Shown here piece by piece: positions 9,609 to 18,437 of a stretch of 64,000 nucleotides of DNA. Source of the DNA: a virus. Position 1 is the stretch's first letter; the number at the start of each line of letters is the position of its first letter. The position numbers were made by a program, and so were the translations under genes. The stretch spans positions 1 to 64,000 of the IMG/VR virus record IMGVR_UViG_3300045988_171772; one strand, 5' to 3'. The notes below the pieces were generated by a model that made no database searches, had not been told where the DNA came from, and worked only from the letters and a program-made list of their open reading frames with translations.

Positions 9609-9646
9609 TCTCATCACACTTCATCTCGTCTCTTCCAATCCAATAT

Positions 9647-9726
9647 GAATGGGTATGGGAGTCAGAGCTAGAAAGACTTCTCTCCAATCTTTCTATTTCT
9701 CTGATTTCCATACCCATTCTTTTTTA
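9647..9726 (+). terminator. intrinsic terminator (long-range stem)
   Basis: GAATGGGTATGG...CCATACCCATTC + TTTTTT, with an inner hairpin. Confidence 0.6.
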
Positions 9727-9792
9727 CTTCTTAGAGCGGAAATAAACAAATTTTCTAATAAAAGAATCTAAAGATTGGAGGAGAGATTCCCA

Positions 9793-10059
9793 TTGAATAC
9801 CGATAGAGAAGATCGGGCGATTCAAGTGGCCAACTTTATGATTCAGAATCAAGCGACCATTCGTAAGGCTGCTGCTGAATTCCATGTATCAGCCACTACG
9901 ATCAGCCATGATCTTAGGAAGCGACTTCCAAATTTAGATCCTGATCTCGCCGATAAAGTCGGTCGAGTTCTCCGACATAATGCCGAAATCCGAGCATATC
10001 GTGGCGGAGAGAGCACAAGAAGAAAATATAGGAATAAGAAACTGAATAAAAATAAATGA
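9793..10059 (+). CDS. spoIIID: SpoIIID-like helix-turn-helix transcriptional regulator
   Basis: Probable TTG start 9 nt after GGAGGAG. ..ATIRKAAAEFHVSATTISHDLRKRLPNLDPDLADKV...IRAYRGGESTRRKY parallels B. subtilis SpoIIID (recalled from memory). Confidence 0.8.
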   Translation: MNTDREDRAIQVANFMIQNQATIRKAAAEFHVSATTISHDLRKRLPNLDPDLADKVGRVLRHNAEIRAYRGGESTRRKYRNKKLNKNK

Positions 10060-10133
10060 TGAGATACTTGATACATATTCCCATATTAGAAGAGGCTTTC
10101 TAGGGACTGTATCAAGTATCTTATTTAATCTCA

Positions 10134-10141
10134 TATATTAT
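10134..10141 (+). promoter_or_regulatory. TATATTAT promoter-like motif
   Basis: tcaTATATTATctc, 35 nt upstream of the polymerase ATG, after a hairpin. Confidence 0.5.
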
Positions 10142-10175
10142 CTCTTTGATAAACTGTGAGGTGATTTCAGACATT

Positions 10176-12347
10176 ATGATTATGCCAAAAGCAGCCGTAC
10201 CCATTTCCTCTCATTTTGAGAATCGATGGGTACAAGAAATGACCAATATGTATATCATGGAGTATGGAGCTCCCTTAGATGTAGATTTTGTCAAGGCACA
10301 GTTGCATCAGGTCTTTCAGTCGAGGGCCTATAATCCCAGAATGAGGATGGTGAATAACTATTCCAATCGGGTAGCTGAGACAGGTCTGATTCAGCTTTAT
10401 GATTACATTGCAGAGAAGAAACCCGTTATCTCTGGCAATGGCTGTCTCTTTCAGCAGCATAGCAGAGGATTCAATCCGGAGACAGCCTGGATTATCGGAT
10501 TGATGGATCGTCGGAAAGTCTTAAAGAAGAAAATGTTCCAGGCGATGGTGGCTGGTAATGATGCTCTATATAATGTCTATTACAGACTCCAGCTCAATAC
10601 CAAGATCAAGATTAATTCTCTCTATGGTGCTACCGGTTATATCCGGTTTATTCTCTATAATTTGTATCTGGCACAGGCTGTTACTGCCTATGGCCAGATG
10701 ATCATTTCTACCGCAGCGCAAACCTTTGAAGCCTTTATCGCAGACAATTACAATTTCCTCGATTCGACGACGGTCTATGGACTGATTCGAGACTGTGTCA
10801 AGGAATCGGTTCGTACCGATGATCAGGTAATTCTTCGGGATGAACGAATTGGGAATGTAACAGTGGAGGAAGTCTTTGGTCGTGTGATGCAGCAGATCGT
10901 CTTTCCGACCAATCCTCAGTTTGAGAATTCTCTCAGAAGAATGCTGGAGAATTGTGATGAATATGCACTCAAGCTCATCTATTATAAGAATAATCTCAGA
11001 GGTCTCTTTAGTCGGAATCCGGAATTGAAGGAGATTCTTCGGAGCTATCTCGTCAATCTTCATTCCGAGTCCAAGGATAAGGATGGCAATATCATCATCA
11101 TTCCCACTCTGATGGAGCCGAATAAAGGAGCCTTGGTACCAGAATCAGCTGAGGTGAATGATCTTCTCTGGAGATTCATCAAGCTCTTTGTCTTGTATAA
11201 GGAGCCGATCTATGACCGAGTGAGAAAGACCAAGTATCAATATAAGAAGGCAGTCTCATATATTGATACAGACTCCAATTTCCTCTGTCTGGATCCCTGG
11301 TTTGTCTATCTGAATGAGAATGTCTTCCATCTGGAAGATATGCCGCAGACCACCGAGGAGAAAGACCAGAGAACCTATGCGATTGCCAATACATTCAATG
11401 TCTGGATCAGTGATGTTGTCCATACCATGTTTGGAATCATGACAGGAAACTTCAATGTCGACCCGGAGATTGGTAAGAGGCTCAATATGAAATCGGAGGT
11501 TCTGTATTCCCGTATTGTCTTCGTCGATGTCAAGAAACGGTATCTGGGTAAGATGAAGCTCAAGGAAGGAAATGTCGTTCCTCCCAAGAAGCAGGCAGAC
11601 TTCAAAGGATTTGACTTTATGAAGTCCACCACCAAGCCATTCCTGAAAGAGTATTACATCAAACTGTCGATGGAGAAGATTCTCTCTCCGGATGTCATCT
11701 CTCCTAGGGATGTCTTCCGAGCCATTCTTCTCTTTAAGAGACAGATTGAGGAAGATCTTGAGAATGGTGAGACCAAGTATTACAAGCAAGCCAACATCAA
11801 ACGGATTGAGGAATACGCCGAAAGAGCCTATTCCACTCAAGGAATCAAAGCCGTCACTCTCTGGAATACTCTCAATCCAGATTATCAGATCCAACTTCCC
11901 TCCGATGTCGACATTGTGCCAATGCGGTGGGAAGAAGGAAGAAAGACCAAGGAAGGTCCCAAGGTCATTCAGGATCACTACGTCTATATCGGGAAGAAAC
12001 TCAAGAAGGCAAAGGATGGAGGTACGACCGAGGTGGATGTCTATCAAGACAATGACACTCCTGTACTTCGTGAATTGCAAGAGAAGTATCCCGAGACCTA
12101 TCAGGTTCTCAATGATAGGATCTTCCACAATGAGAATCCCAACATTCGCAAGATGGGAATTCAATGGATGGCAAAACCAAAGAATCCCAACATTCCGGTT
12201 CCGGCCTGGTACTATGACTTCGTGGATTCCGCCACGATTGTGGATGATGCACTGAAGCTCTATTATCCGGTCTTGGAATCGATCGGTCTCAATATTGCCA
12301 AAGTATCTACCAATAAGACCTGCTTAACCAACATGGTCAGTCTGTGA
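10176..12347 (+). CDS. family B DNA polymerase, polymerase (palm/fingers/thumb) module
   Basis: Motif B KIKINSLYGATG, motif C VSYIDTDS, KKRY motif. No recognisable 3'-5' exonuclease domain in this ORF. Confidence 0.85.
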   Translation: MIMPKAAVPISSHFENRWVQEMTNMYIMEYGAPLDVDFVKAQLHQVFQSRAYNPRMRMVNNYSNRVAETGLIQLYDYIAEKKPVISGNGCLFQQHSRGFNPETAWIIGLMDRRKVLKKKMFQAMVAGNDALYNVYYRLQLNTKIKINSLYGATGYIRFILYNLYLAQAVTAYGQMIISTAAQTFEAFIADNYNFLDSTTVYGLIRDCVKESVRTDDQVILRDERIGNVTVEEVFGRVMQQIVFPTNPQFENSLRRMLENCDEYALKLIYYKNNLRGLFSRNPELKEILRSYLVNLHSESKDKDGNIIIIPTLMEPNKGALVPESAEVNDLLWRFIKLFVLYKEPIYDRVRKTKYQYKKAVSYIDTDSNFLCLDPWFVYLNENVFHLEDMPQTTEEKDQRTYAIANTFNVWISDVVHTMFGIMTGNFNVDPEIGKRLNMKSEVLYSRIVFVDVKKRYLGKMKLKEGNVVPPKKQADFKGFDFMKSTTKPFLKEYYIKLSMEKILSPDVISPRDVFRAILLFKRQIEEDLENGETKYYKQANIKRIEEYAERAYSTQGIKAVTLWNTLNPDYQIQLPSDVDIVPMRWEEGRKTKEGPKVIQDHYVYIGKKLKKAKDGGTTEVDVYQDNDTPVLRELQEKYPETYQVLNDRIFHNENPNIRKMGIQWMAKPKNPNIPVPAWYYDFVDSATIVDDALKLYYPVLESIGLNIAKVSTNKTCLTNMVSL

Positions 12348-12360
12348 GGTGAAACGTCCT

Positions 12361-12669
12361 ATGAATGAGAGAAACACTCATCTCATCGTTGTCCCTGGAT
12401 TCATTCTGGGGAGATGGCTTCATGCAGTGGAAGTGAAACTGATGAGAGATCCCAATCTGGAGAATGAAGTCGTTCACTCAAGTGACCACTGTGTATTATT
12501 GGCTTTATCCGGAACGAATATCACAGGAGATCATCCAGAGAATATTGTCTCCGCCATCTTTCAGGTGGATGATGAATATCTCAAATTCTTTCTGGATACC
12601 ATCCAGCATTTGATCCAAGATGAGTTGAGAAATCAAAGATTGTATCCCAAAAACACAGATCGAGATTGA
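12361..12669 (+). CDS. hypothetical protein
   Basis: ATG after GAGGTG, immediately downstream of the polymerase gene. Confidence 0.6.
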   Translation: MNERNTHLIVVPGFILGRWLHAVEVKLMRDPNLENEVVHSSDHCVLLALSGTNITGDHPENIVSAIFQVDDEYLKFFLDTIQHLIQDELRNQRLYPKNTDRD

Positions 12670-12680
12670 GGAGAATTCGA

Positions 12681-12688
12681 TATATTAT
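12681..12688 (+). promoter_or_regulatory. TATATTAT promoter-like motif
   Basis: tcgaTATATTATttt, 24 nt upstream of ATG 12712. Confidence 0.45.
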
Positions 12689-12711
12689 TTTATTAGAGAG
12701 GCCGATATTCA

Positions 12712-13368
12712 ATGACCTATAAAGAATGGAAAAAATTGAATCCGGACATCATTCAAAAGCGCAAGGAGGAAAAGCGCATGGTAAAAGAAAAGAAAATGAT
12801 GGAGGAGACTCCGCATTATGAACCCCCCTATTGGCCTGTGATTATTGCCGGATTTCCCGGTGTGGGAAAGACCTATGCCAAAGAGCATTGTACCAAATGG
12901 GGCTTCAAGGTGGTAGAACTGGATACCACTCCCTATCTCTGGAAGAAGAATGAAGAGTCGGGAAAAATCCAGAAGGTTCCTGGCTTCCCTGGGAATTTCT
13001 ATGAGGATCTCCTCAAGATTCTCAAGGATGGTCAGAATACCGATGTGATCCTGGTGGATGCCCATTCCGCCGTACAAAAGCTTCTGATGGATCATCATTT
13101 GAAGTTTGTCACAGTCTATCCAAGAAAGGAGTGTAAAGAAGAATATCTGAGAAGGCATATCCGTGCTGGGAAGCCCTTCGCCTTTGTTGATTCCATCAAT
13201 GAGAATTGGGATTCTTTGATGGAAGAAGCACTCGAGAGAGCGAGAAAGGGCCAGGACATTCTCTTCTTGGGAAGTGACAAGTATCTCGATGAGGATACCA
13301 TCCTCAGTATCCGGATGAAATATGGAGCATTGAGAGCTGCCGCCATGGTGGCGATGGAATCATTGTAA
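12712..13368 (+). CDS. P-loop nucleotide/nucleoside kinase-like protein
   Basis: Walker A IIAGFPGVGKTY near the N-terminus. About 218 aa, the size and shape of small NMP kinases. Preceded by TATATTAT. Confidence 0.55.
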   Translation: MTYKEWKKLNPDIIQKRKEEKRMVKEKKMMEETPHYEPPYWPVIIAGFPGVGKTYAKEHCTKWGFKVVELDTTPYLWKKNEESGKIQKVPGFPGNFYEDLLKILKDGQNTDVILVDAHSAVQKLLMDHHLKFVTVYPRKECKEEYLRRHIRAGKPFAFVDSINENWDSLMEEALERARKGQDILFLGSDKYLDEDTILSIRMKYGALRAAAMVAMESL

Positions 13369-13454
13369 TCTCATATTACCGATTTCACATTCTCTATAAA
13401 TTCATTCCAGAGAAAGCCAAAGTAATTTTATGTATATTCAGGAGGAATATTCGT

Positions 13455-14270
13455 ATGCCGTATAACAATGGAAATGGGAATAGCAATGGACGGAATTACA
13501 GCCAGTTCGATGTGAACACCAATTCTCTGTCCGTCTTCTCTGGGAATATGTGCATGAGACTCGATCTGTATAACAAGAATCTGCAGGTCGGTCTGATTCG
13601 TGCGGTGCAGACTTCGGAAGGAAGAAACACCTATCCGAAGGACAATGCCATTCGGGCTCTCTTGACTCCGGATCGTGTCCAGGCTGTTGTGACTCTGATT
13701 ACCGATGGGGTCATTCCGGCTCTGGAAGCTCGTCGTCCCTATGAGGGTTCCATCATCACCAACTCCAAGATGTCTACCATCGTTCGGGTTGGCTGTGATG
13801 CGGATGGGAATGCATATTTCGACATCTATACCGGTATGGACGATCGTCGAATTCCGAAAGATGCCGCTCGGTATCAGTTCCCGAAAAATCAGACACTGTC
13901 TCGGTTTGATTCCAGAACGGGTGAGTATGAGCAGGGTCCTGACATTCAGGGTCAGCTCTATCTCGTTGCCCGTTGCATGGAAGACTTTATCTACAATTCT
14001 TCGATGGCGGCAGTTCATAACTACCGGATTGTGGAGAACTCCTACAATCGTCGGATCATGAATCTGCTCCAGGATATCGCTGCCAAGATGGGGATTCCTG
14101 TCCAGAGAGTTTCCTCCGAAGGAAATTCCAATGGCGGATATCGCTATGGTGGCAATGGCAACTCCAACAATGGTGGTGGGTTTGCCAACTCCTCGGTGAT
14201 GAACTCACCGATTCCGGAAGCGAATGTGACCACCCTCGACAACATCGACTCTCCGGAGCTTCCTTTCTGA
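13455..14270 (+). CDS. single-stranded DNA-binding protein candidate
   Basis: CAGGAGG RBS. Gly/Asn-rich flexible linker followed by the acidic tip ..NIDSPELPF, resembling the bacterial SSB C-terminal D-D-D-(I/L)-P-F. Confidence 0.5.
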   Translation: MPYNNGNGNSNGRNYSQFDVNTNSLSVFSGNMCMRLDLYNKNLQVGLIRAVQTSEGRNTYPKDNAIRALLTPDRVQAVVTLITDGVIPALEARRPYEGSIITNSKMSTIVRVGCDADGNAYFDIYTGMDDRRIPKDAARYQFPKNQTLSRFDSRTGEYEQGPDIQGQLYLVARCMEDFIYNSSMAAVHNYRIVENSYNRRIMNLLQDIAAKMGIPVQRVSSEGNSNGGYRYGGNGNSNNGGGFANSSVMNSPIPEANVTTLDNIDSPELPF

Positions 14271-14308
14271 CATTCTCTCTTATCTAGAGGAGGAGTCGGA
14301 CATCGATA

Positions 14309-14361
14309 GAATGGGTCTCTATAGGCAAAAATACATGTCTATAGAGACCCATTCTTTTTTA
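14309..14361 (+). terminator. intrinsic terminator
   Basis: 16-bp stem GAATGGGTCTCTATAG/CTATAGAGACCCATTC + TTTTTT. Confidence 0.85.
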
Positions 14362-14439
14362 TTCTCTAGGAGCCATTCTATGGTAGCATTTGAAGAATTT
14401 CATGACAACCGATTAAGATCCTAGGGAGGTATAAGAACT

Positions 14440-15084
14440 ATGGTACTGTCATCCGCCATCTGGTATTTACGAAATGGACATATGGTAGGAATTCAATCCA
14501 AGAAATCCTATCCAAACACTCTCTACCGATTCTATTTTCTGAATGAGTATAGGGATCAACTTCTCTTCTTTGATACTACCCTGGATCATCTCAAGAGAGA
14601 ATTGACTCAGGAGGGAGGAGAGTATTCTCTTATCAAAAAACTCATCAAAGAGAATCGAGCCTTTGTGACAAAGACCTTCCCTTCGAAAGAAGATCAATGG
14701 GTAACTCCCATCCAGTATAGTTCCCCGAATGAGTTTCGGAAGATCCAGAGAAGACTTGGATCGGATGATGCTCAGAGACAGAGGAAGTATATTGCAGGAG
14801 TCTTGAATCATGAGCATCTCTATCTCGATGAGATTGTATCTCTGGTATCCAGATGTAAGACTAGTATGGAAATTACAAGGTCGATCATCAATGATCCCAA
14901 GAAGGATCTTCAACAGGATGAGAATCTTCTGATATCCTATATGAAAACCAAACACTATCAAGACATCTCCACCTATAAGGTGATGCAAGGAAATAACAGA
15001 AAGCCTAGGAAGGAACCCTACTCCATTACATTGAGAGATATCATCTTCAGCTGGAGAGTGGAGCCTTCTTCAACATCCTATTGA
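14440..15084 (+). CDS. hypothetical protein
   Basis: GGGAGG RBS, 214 aa. Confidence 0.6.
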   Translation: MVLSSAIWYLRNGHMVGIQSKKSYPNTLYRFYFLNEYRDQLLFFDTTLDHLKRELTQEGGEYSLIKKLIKENRAFVTKTFPSKEDQWVTPIQYSSPNEFRKIQRRLGSDDAQRQRKYIAGVLNHEHLYLDEIVSLVSRCKTSMEITRSIINDPKKDLQQDENLLISYMKTKHYQDISTYKVMQGNNRKPRKEPYSITLRDIIFSWRVEPSSTSY

Positions 15085-15100
15085 GGAGGTGGATCTCTCT

Positions 15101-15469
15101 ATGTATGTGATGGAACAGATTCCTGCCATGATGGTGAGGGGAAATCTGAAGAGAGGAACCACTCTGTGTTCCTTTCTGGTACAGAATCGAAAGAATGTCG
15201 GAATTCGATTCTATCAATTCACAGGATATTCCAGAACCAAGGGTGTGAAGATGTATTCCACCTTTGAGACGAAGGATTATCTCTTCTCCTCTCCCAAGAG
15301 TCGGATGAGTCAAGGAGATTTGGAGAAGGCCTATAACGATCTTCAAGAATTTTCCAAGAATGGAGAGTCTACCAAGGAGAAGACTGCTGTCTTACAGAAA
15401 TCTTCTCAGGAAGTAGATTTGGATCAACTCATTCGCAATAAGAAATTCTTTAAGATCAATAAGGTATGA
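15101..15469 (+). CDS. hypothetical protein
   Basis: ATG after GAGGAGG. Terminator at 15478-15524. Confidence 0.55.
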   Translation: MYVMEQIPAMMVRGNLKRGTTLCSFLVQNRKNVGIRFYQFTGYSRTKGVKMYSTFETKDYLFSSPKSRMSQGDLEKAYNDLQEFSKNGESTKEKTAVLQKSSQEVDLDQLIRNKKFFKINKV

Positions 15470-15477
15470 GACAAACT

Positions 15478-15524
15478 CCCGTATCTATCCATTCTTTTTC
15501 TATGGATAGATACGGTTTCTTTAT
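15478..15524 (+). terminator. intrinsic terminator
   Basis: Stem CCGTATCTATCCAT/ATGGATAGATACGG + TTTCTTT. Confidence 0.8.
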
Positions 15525-15549
15525 AGAATATAATGAAGGTGATGCAATT

Positions 15550-16188
15550 ATGAATACGCATACATCAGTCATTGCGTTTGATATTGATGGGACATTGACA
15601 AATGATGTCCAGATCATGAAGCAATGCATTCAGAAATGGAATACCCATGTAGGGTATTCGTCTTTTGATTCTGTCAATTATAATCCCAAGAAGGTGAGTC
15701 TGGTAGACTTTCCTCCTTTTATGAATGAGACATCTTTCTGGCAATACACTGAGAATATCCACAAATACCCAGAAATTGATGCCTATACAGTGAATGCTCT
15801 GATTGGAATCCACAATCTGGGATATACTATTATATTACTAACAAAGAGACCCATTCATATCTCTGAGAAATCTGGAGAATTACCCTATACAGGGACAAAG
15901 GATTGGTTGGAGAGAAATGGTGTATACTTTGATCATTTAATCTGCACCAATGACAGTGATAAGTCTCCCTTCTTACGGGAATACAACTGTGAATATATTG
16001 TGGAGAATGACCCCCATATTTTTATAGATCTCCGAGATCATAACTGTAAATCGACTCCCATTATGGTGAGAAAGAGTTACAATCGCACCTATGAGAATTC
16101 GATTCCCAATGCAATTTTTATTAATTGCATATATGATTTCTATATGATGCTTATCAAGGATAGGCAAATCATTGGAAGGAGAATCTAA
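15550..16188 (+). CDS. HAD-superfamily phosphatase (nucleotidase-like)
   Basis: N-terminal motif I VIAFDIDGTLTND (DxDxT), LLTKRP (motif II Thr), ENDP (motif IV-like). Confidence 0.7.
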   Translation: MNTHTSVIAFDIDGTLTNDVQIMKQCIQKWNTHVGYSSFDSVNYNPKKVSLVDFPPFMNETSFWQYTENIHKYPEIDAYTVNALIGIHNLGYTIILLTKRPIHISEKSGELPYTGTKDWLERNGVYFDHLICTNDSDKSPFLREYNCEYIVENDPHIFIDLRDHNCKSTPIMVRKSYNRTYENSIPNAIFINCIYDFYMMLIKDRQIIGRRI

Positions 16189-16193
16189 CGATT

Positions 16194-17147
16194 ATGAAGA
16201 TGAATCTTACACAGCCGACGATTAAGGTGGAAAATTCCAAAGGGGTCTCCTATACTGGTAAGATTACCAAGTTTACCTTTATCGGGAGCGGAGCAAGCAT
16301 CAACTTTAAGACGAAGGATGATGTTCTCATCATGGGCATCCATGTACCAGATGCAGTTGTGCCAGAGGTCGTCAATCGAATGCTTAATCGTAGATATGAG
16401 GATATCACCATCACATGTATGCGGAATGCCGATGAAGATGACAATATCGCTATGGCGATTTGTGATGTAGATGAAAATGAAGAGGAAGATACTCCGATCT
16501 ACTATTCGGTTACTGGAACTCTGGAAAGTGTCGTGACCTATGAGAAGCCATCCATCTATGAGAGAGCTTTGGTTACTATCAAGGAAGCGGACGAACGAAT
16601 GCAGTTCTGGGTTCAGCCATCCATTCATACCATTCCGAGGGATGTCTTTCATCTGATTCGAGAACTTGAATTCATCGAGAAGAATAATGAAGAGTTGAAT
16701 TATCCTACCTTTATCTTTCTCTATCATAAAAAGAACGATAAGTTTGTTTTGGACGGAATTCAGCCAAGCAAATATGCATCGGTTTTATTTACAGATCAAG
16801 GGAATCGGATTATCTCTTACTATAAGAAAGATCTGAAAGCCCTCCAACTTGGAGGTTATGTCATTTTCCCGAAAGATAAGTATGAGATTAATCCCATTAT
16901 TGGAGTAATTCAGAATATTTCTTATGATTCTCTCTATAATGGATCCTTTGTCCTCACAGTATATGACAAGTATGGAGAAGGACATACTATCTATATGACA
17001 TCGGCCTGGAATTTCCTTGGTAAATTCCTCTTTGAAAATCTCATCGATATGACAGGAAAAGTCGATAACGAATTTGCTTTCTTCACCAAGAAGATGAACT
17101 ATGAAGGAAAAGAAATCAACTATTTGACGGGGTTGTATAAAGAATGA
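16194..17147 (+). CDS. hypothetical protein
   Basis: GAAGGAG RBS, 317 aa. Confidence 0.7.
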   Translation: MKMNLTQPTIKVENSKGVSYTGKITKFTFIGSGASINFKTKDDVLIMGIHVPDAVVPEVVNRMLNRRYEDITITCMRNADEDDNIAMAICDVDENEEEDTPIYYSVTGTLESVVTYEKPSIYERALVTIKEADERMQFWVQPSIHTIPRDVFHLIRELEFIEKNNEELNYPTFIFLYHKKNDKFVLDGIQPSKYASVLFTDQGNRIISYYKKDLKALQLGGYVIFPKDKYEINPIIGVIQNISYDSLYNGSFVLTVYDKYGEGHTIYMTSAWNFLGKFLFENLIDMTGKVDNEFAFFTKKMNYEGKEINYLTGLYKE

Positions 17148-17338
17148 AGAGGAAATATCATGTGACAGTCTATACCTGGGGAGATCAGGTCCTATATCAA
17201 AAGATTGATGAGAGAGATTTAAGACCTCATAAGGGATTAAAAAATATAATCCTTGGTATAATTCCTTTAATGAAATCCTGGCTTTACCAATCAAAAACAA
17301 AAGCGAGTCAGGTGTTTCATAGAGACAAAGAAATCTAA
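17144..17338 (+). CDS. hypothetical small protein
   Basis: ATGA overlap with the upstream gene. 64 aa. Confidence 0.4.
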   Translation: MKRKYHVTVYTWGDQVLYQKIDERDLRPHKGLKNIILGIIPLMKSWLYQSKTKASQVFHRDKEI

Positions 17339-17355
17339 GAAGGAGGCTATTAACA

Positions 17356-17544
17356 ATGAACATGAACATCAACAAGACTCATCTGGGTGCTATTCTCCTG
17401 GGTACTGGTGTTTTCCTGGGTCTGACTGGCGCTGCTCTGGTCGCTACCGACAAGAAGGAAGATGCGGAAGCTGCTAACTGCGACTGTGAGTGTTGCGTCC
17501 GGGATACCAAAGTTCCCACTATGAGCACCGACACTGTCGAGTGA
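17356..17544 (+). CDS. small membrane protein, GC3-rich codon usage
   Basis: AAGGAGG RBS. TM helix LGAILLGTGVFLGLTGAALVA, CDCECC cluster. Strong terminator follows. Confidence 0.65.
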   Translation: MNMNINKTHLGAILLGTGVFLGLTGAALVATDKKEDAEAANCDCECCVRDTKVPTMSTDTVE

Positions 17545-17548
17545 GATT

Positions 17549-17594
17549 AGAGAGGATACACGAAGAATGAAAGTGTATCCTCTCTTTTTATTTT
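17549..17594 (+). terminator. intrinsic terminator
   Basis: Stem AGAGGATACAC/GTGTATCCTCT + CTTTTTATTTT. Confidence 0.8.
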
Positions 17595-17612
17595 CGTTTG
17601 GAGGTGAGTATT

Positions 17613-18413
17613 ATGAATTTGGATTATGCACATCCCATTCGTAACAACACTCGAGATGAAATCTTCTCTGTCCCTCTCAATTCTCTCTTTGTACTCAATA
17701 TGGGAATCTATCGATTTATGATGAGGCATCCTGAAAAATACAAAGAGGAAGAATATCCCTATCTGAAGGAGATTGATCCCAATACAGGAGAAAGACAATT
17801 CATTCAGTTGTCTATCTATTCTACCTGGGAATTCTTTAACTACCTTCGGTATGGGGAAGACTATCGGAATCATACTCATGATGAATTCTTAGAGAAGGAT
17901 GCATCTGTCTATGCGGAGATCCGTATGGATTGGGATCCAATCCAAGACTGTGAAAGAACGAATTTCTTAGGAGCCATTCTGCATCTCTTGACCATTGGAG
18001 TCATCAAGAAGCTCTATATCTATGATGAGATTGCCAAGTATGACAAAGCGATTCAGGCACTTATCGCTCTTACTTTCAATCTTGTCTTAGAGGATCATCC
18101 GGATGTCCAATTGATTCAAGCAGAGTCGACATATGCCTTCTATGATTCCTTCTGTTTTGAAGAAACGACAACATTTGTCTTGGAAGAGAATGACGATCTT
18201 CATAGAATTCTCATGGAATTATCTGAGAAGAATCCGAAAGTCTTACGAGAGAAATATTTTATCTTACCGAAATTGAAGACTTCGAATTTCACAGAGGAGA
18301 GTGTAAGAATCTCTTCTCCTTCCTATTGGGTCCTCAATCACTATGAGGATTATAAGGATTTGGAATCGAAGGGGTTATTCAATGTCGGGTATTACACCCT
18401 TATGCCATTATAA
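17613..18413 (+). CDS. hypothetical protein
   Basis: ATG after GGAGGTG, 266 aa, immediately upstream of the chaperonin. Confidence 0.7.
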   Translation: MNLDYAHPIRNNTRDEIFSVPLNSLFVLNMGIYRFMMRHPEKYKEEEYPYLKEIDPNTGERQFIQLSIYSTWEFFNYLRYGEDYRNHTHDEFLEKDASVYAEIRMDWDPIQDCERTNFLGAILHLLTIGVIKKLYIYDEIAKYDKAIQALIALTFNLVLEDHPDVQLIQAESTYAFYDSFCFEETTTFVLEENDDLHRILMELSEKNPKVLREKYFILPKLKTSNFTEESVRISSPSYWVLNHYEDYKDLESKGLFNVGYYTLMPL

Positions 18414-18437
18414 AGAAAAGGAGAGATCGAAAGTCTT

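Noticed and set aside
8121-9617. 498-aa minus-strand ORF overlapping the AT-hook protein gene. Similar long antisense ORFs occur at 18987..20708 (minus), 49742..50806 (plus), 54312..55286 (plus), 58670..59851 (plus) and 61493..62953 (plus).
   Set aside because: Each lies exactly antisense to a gene with recognisable motifs or a strong RBS. They have Leu/Ile/Arg-rich shadow-frame composition and no RBS, and they would break the operon and terminator logic.
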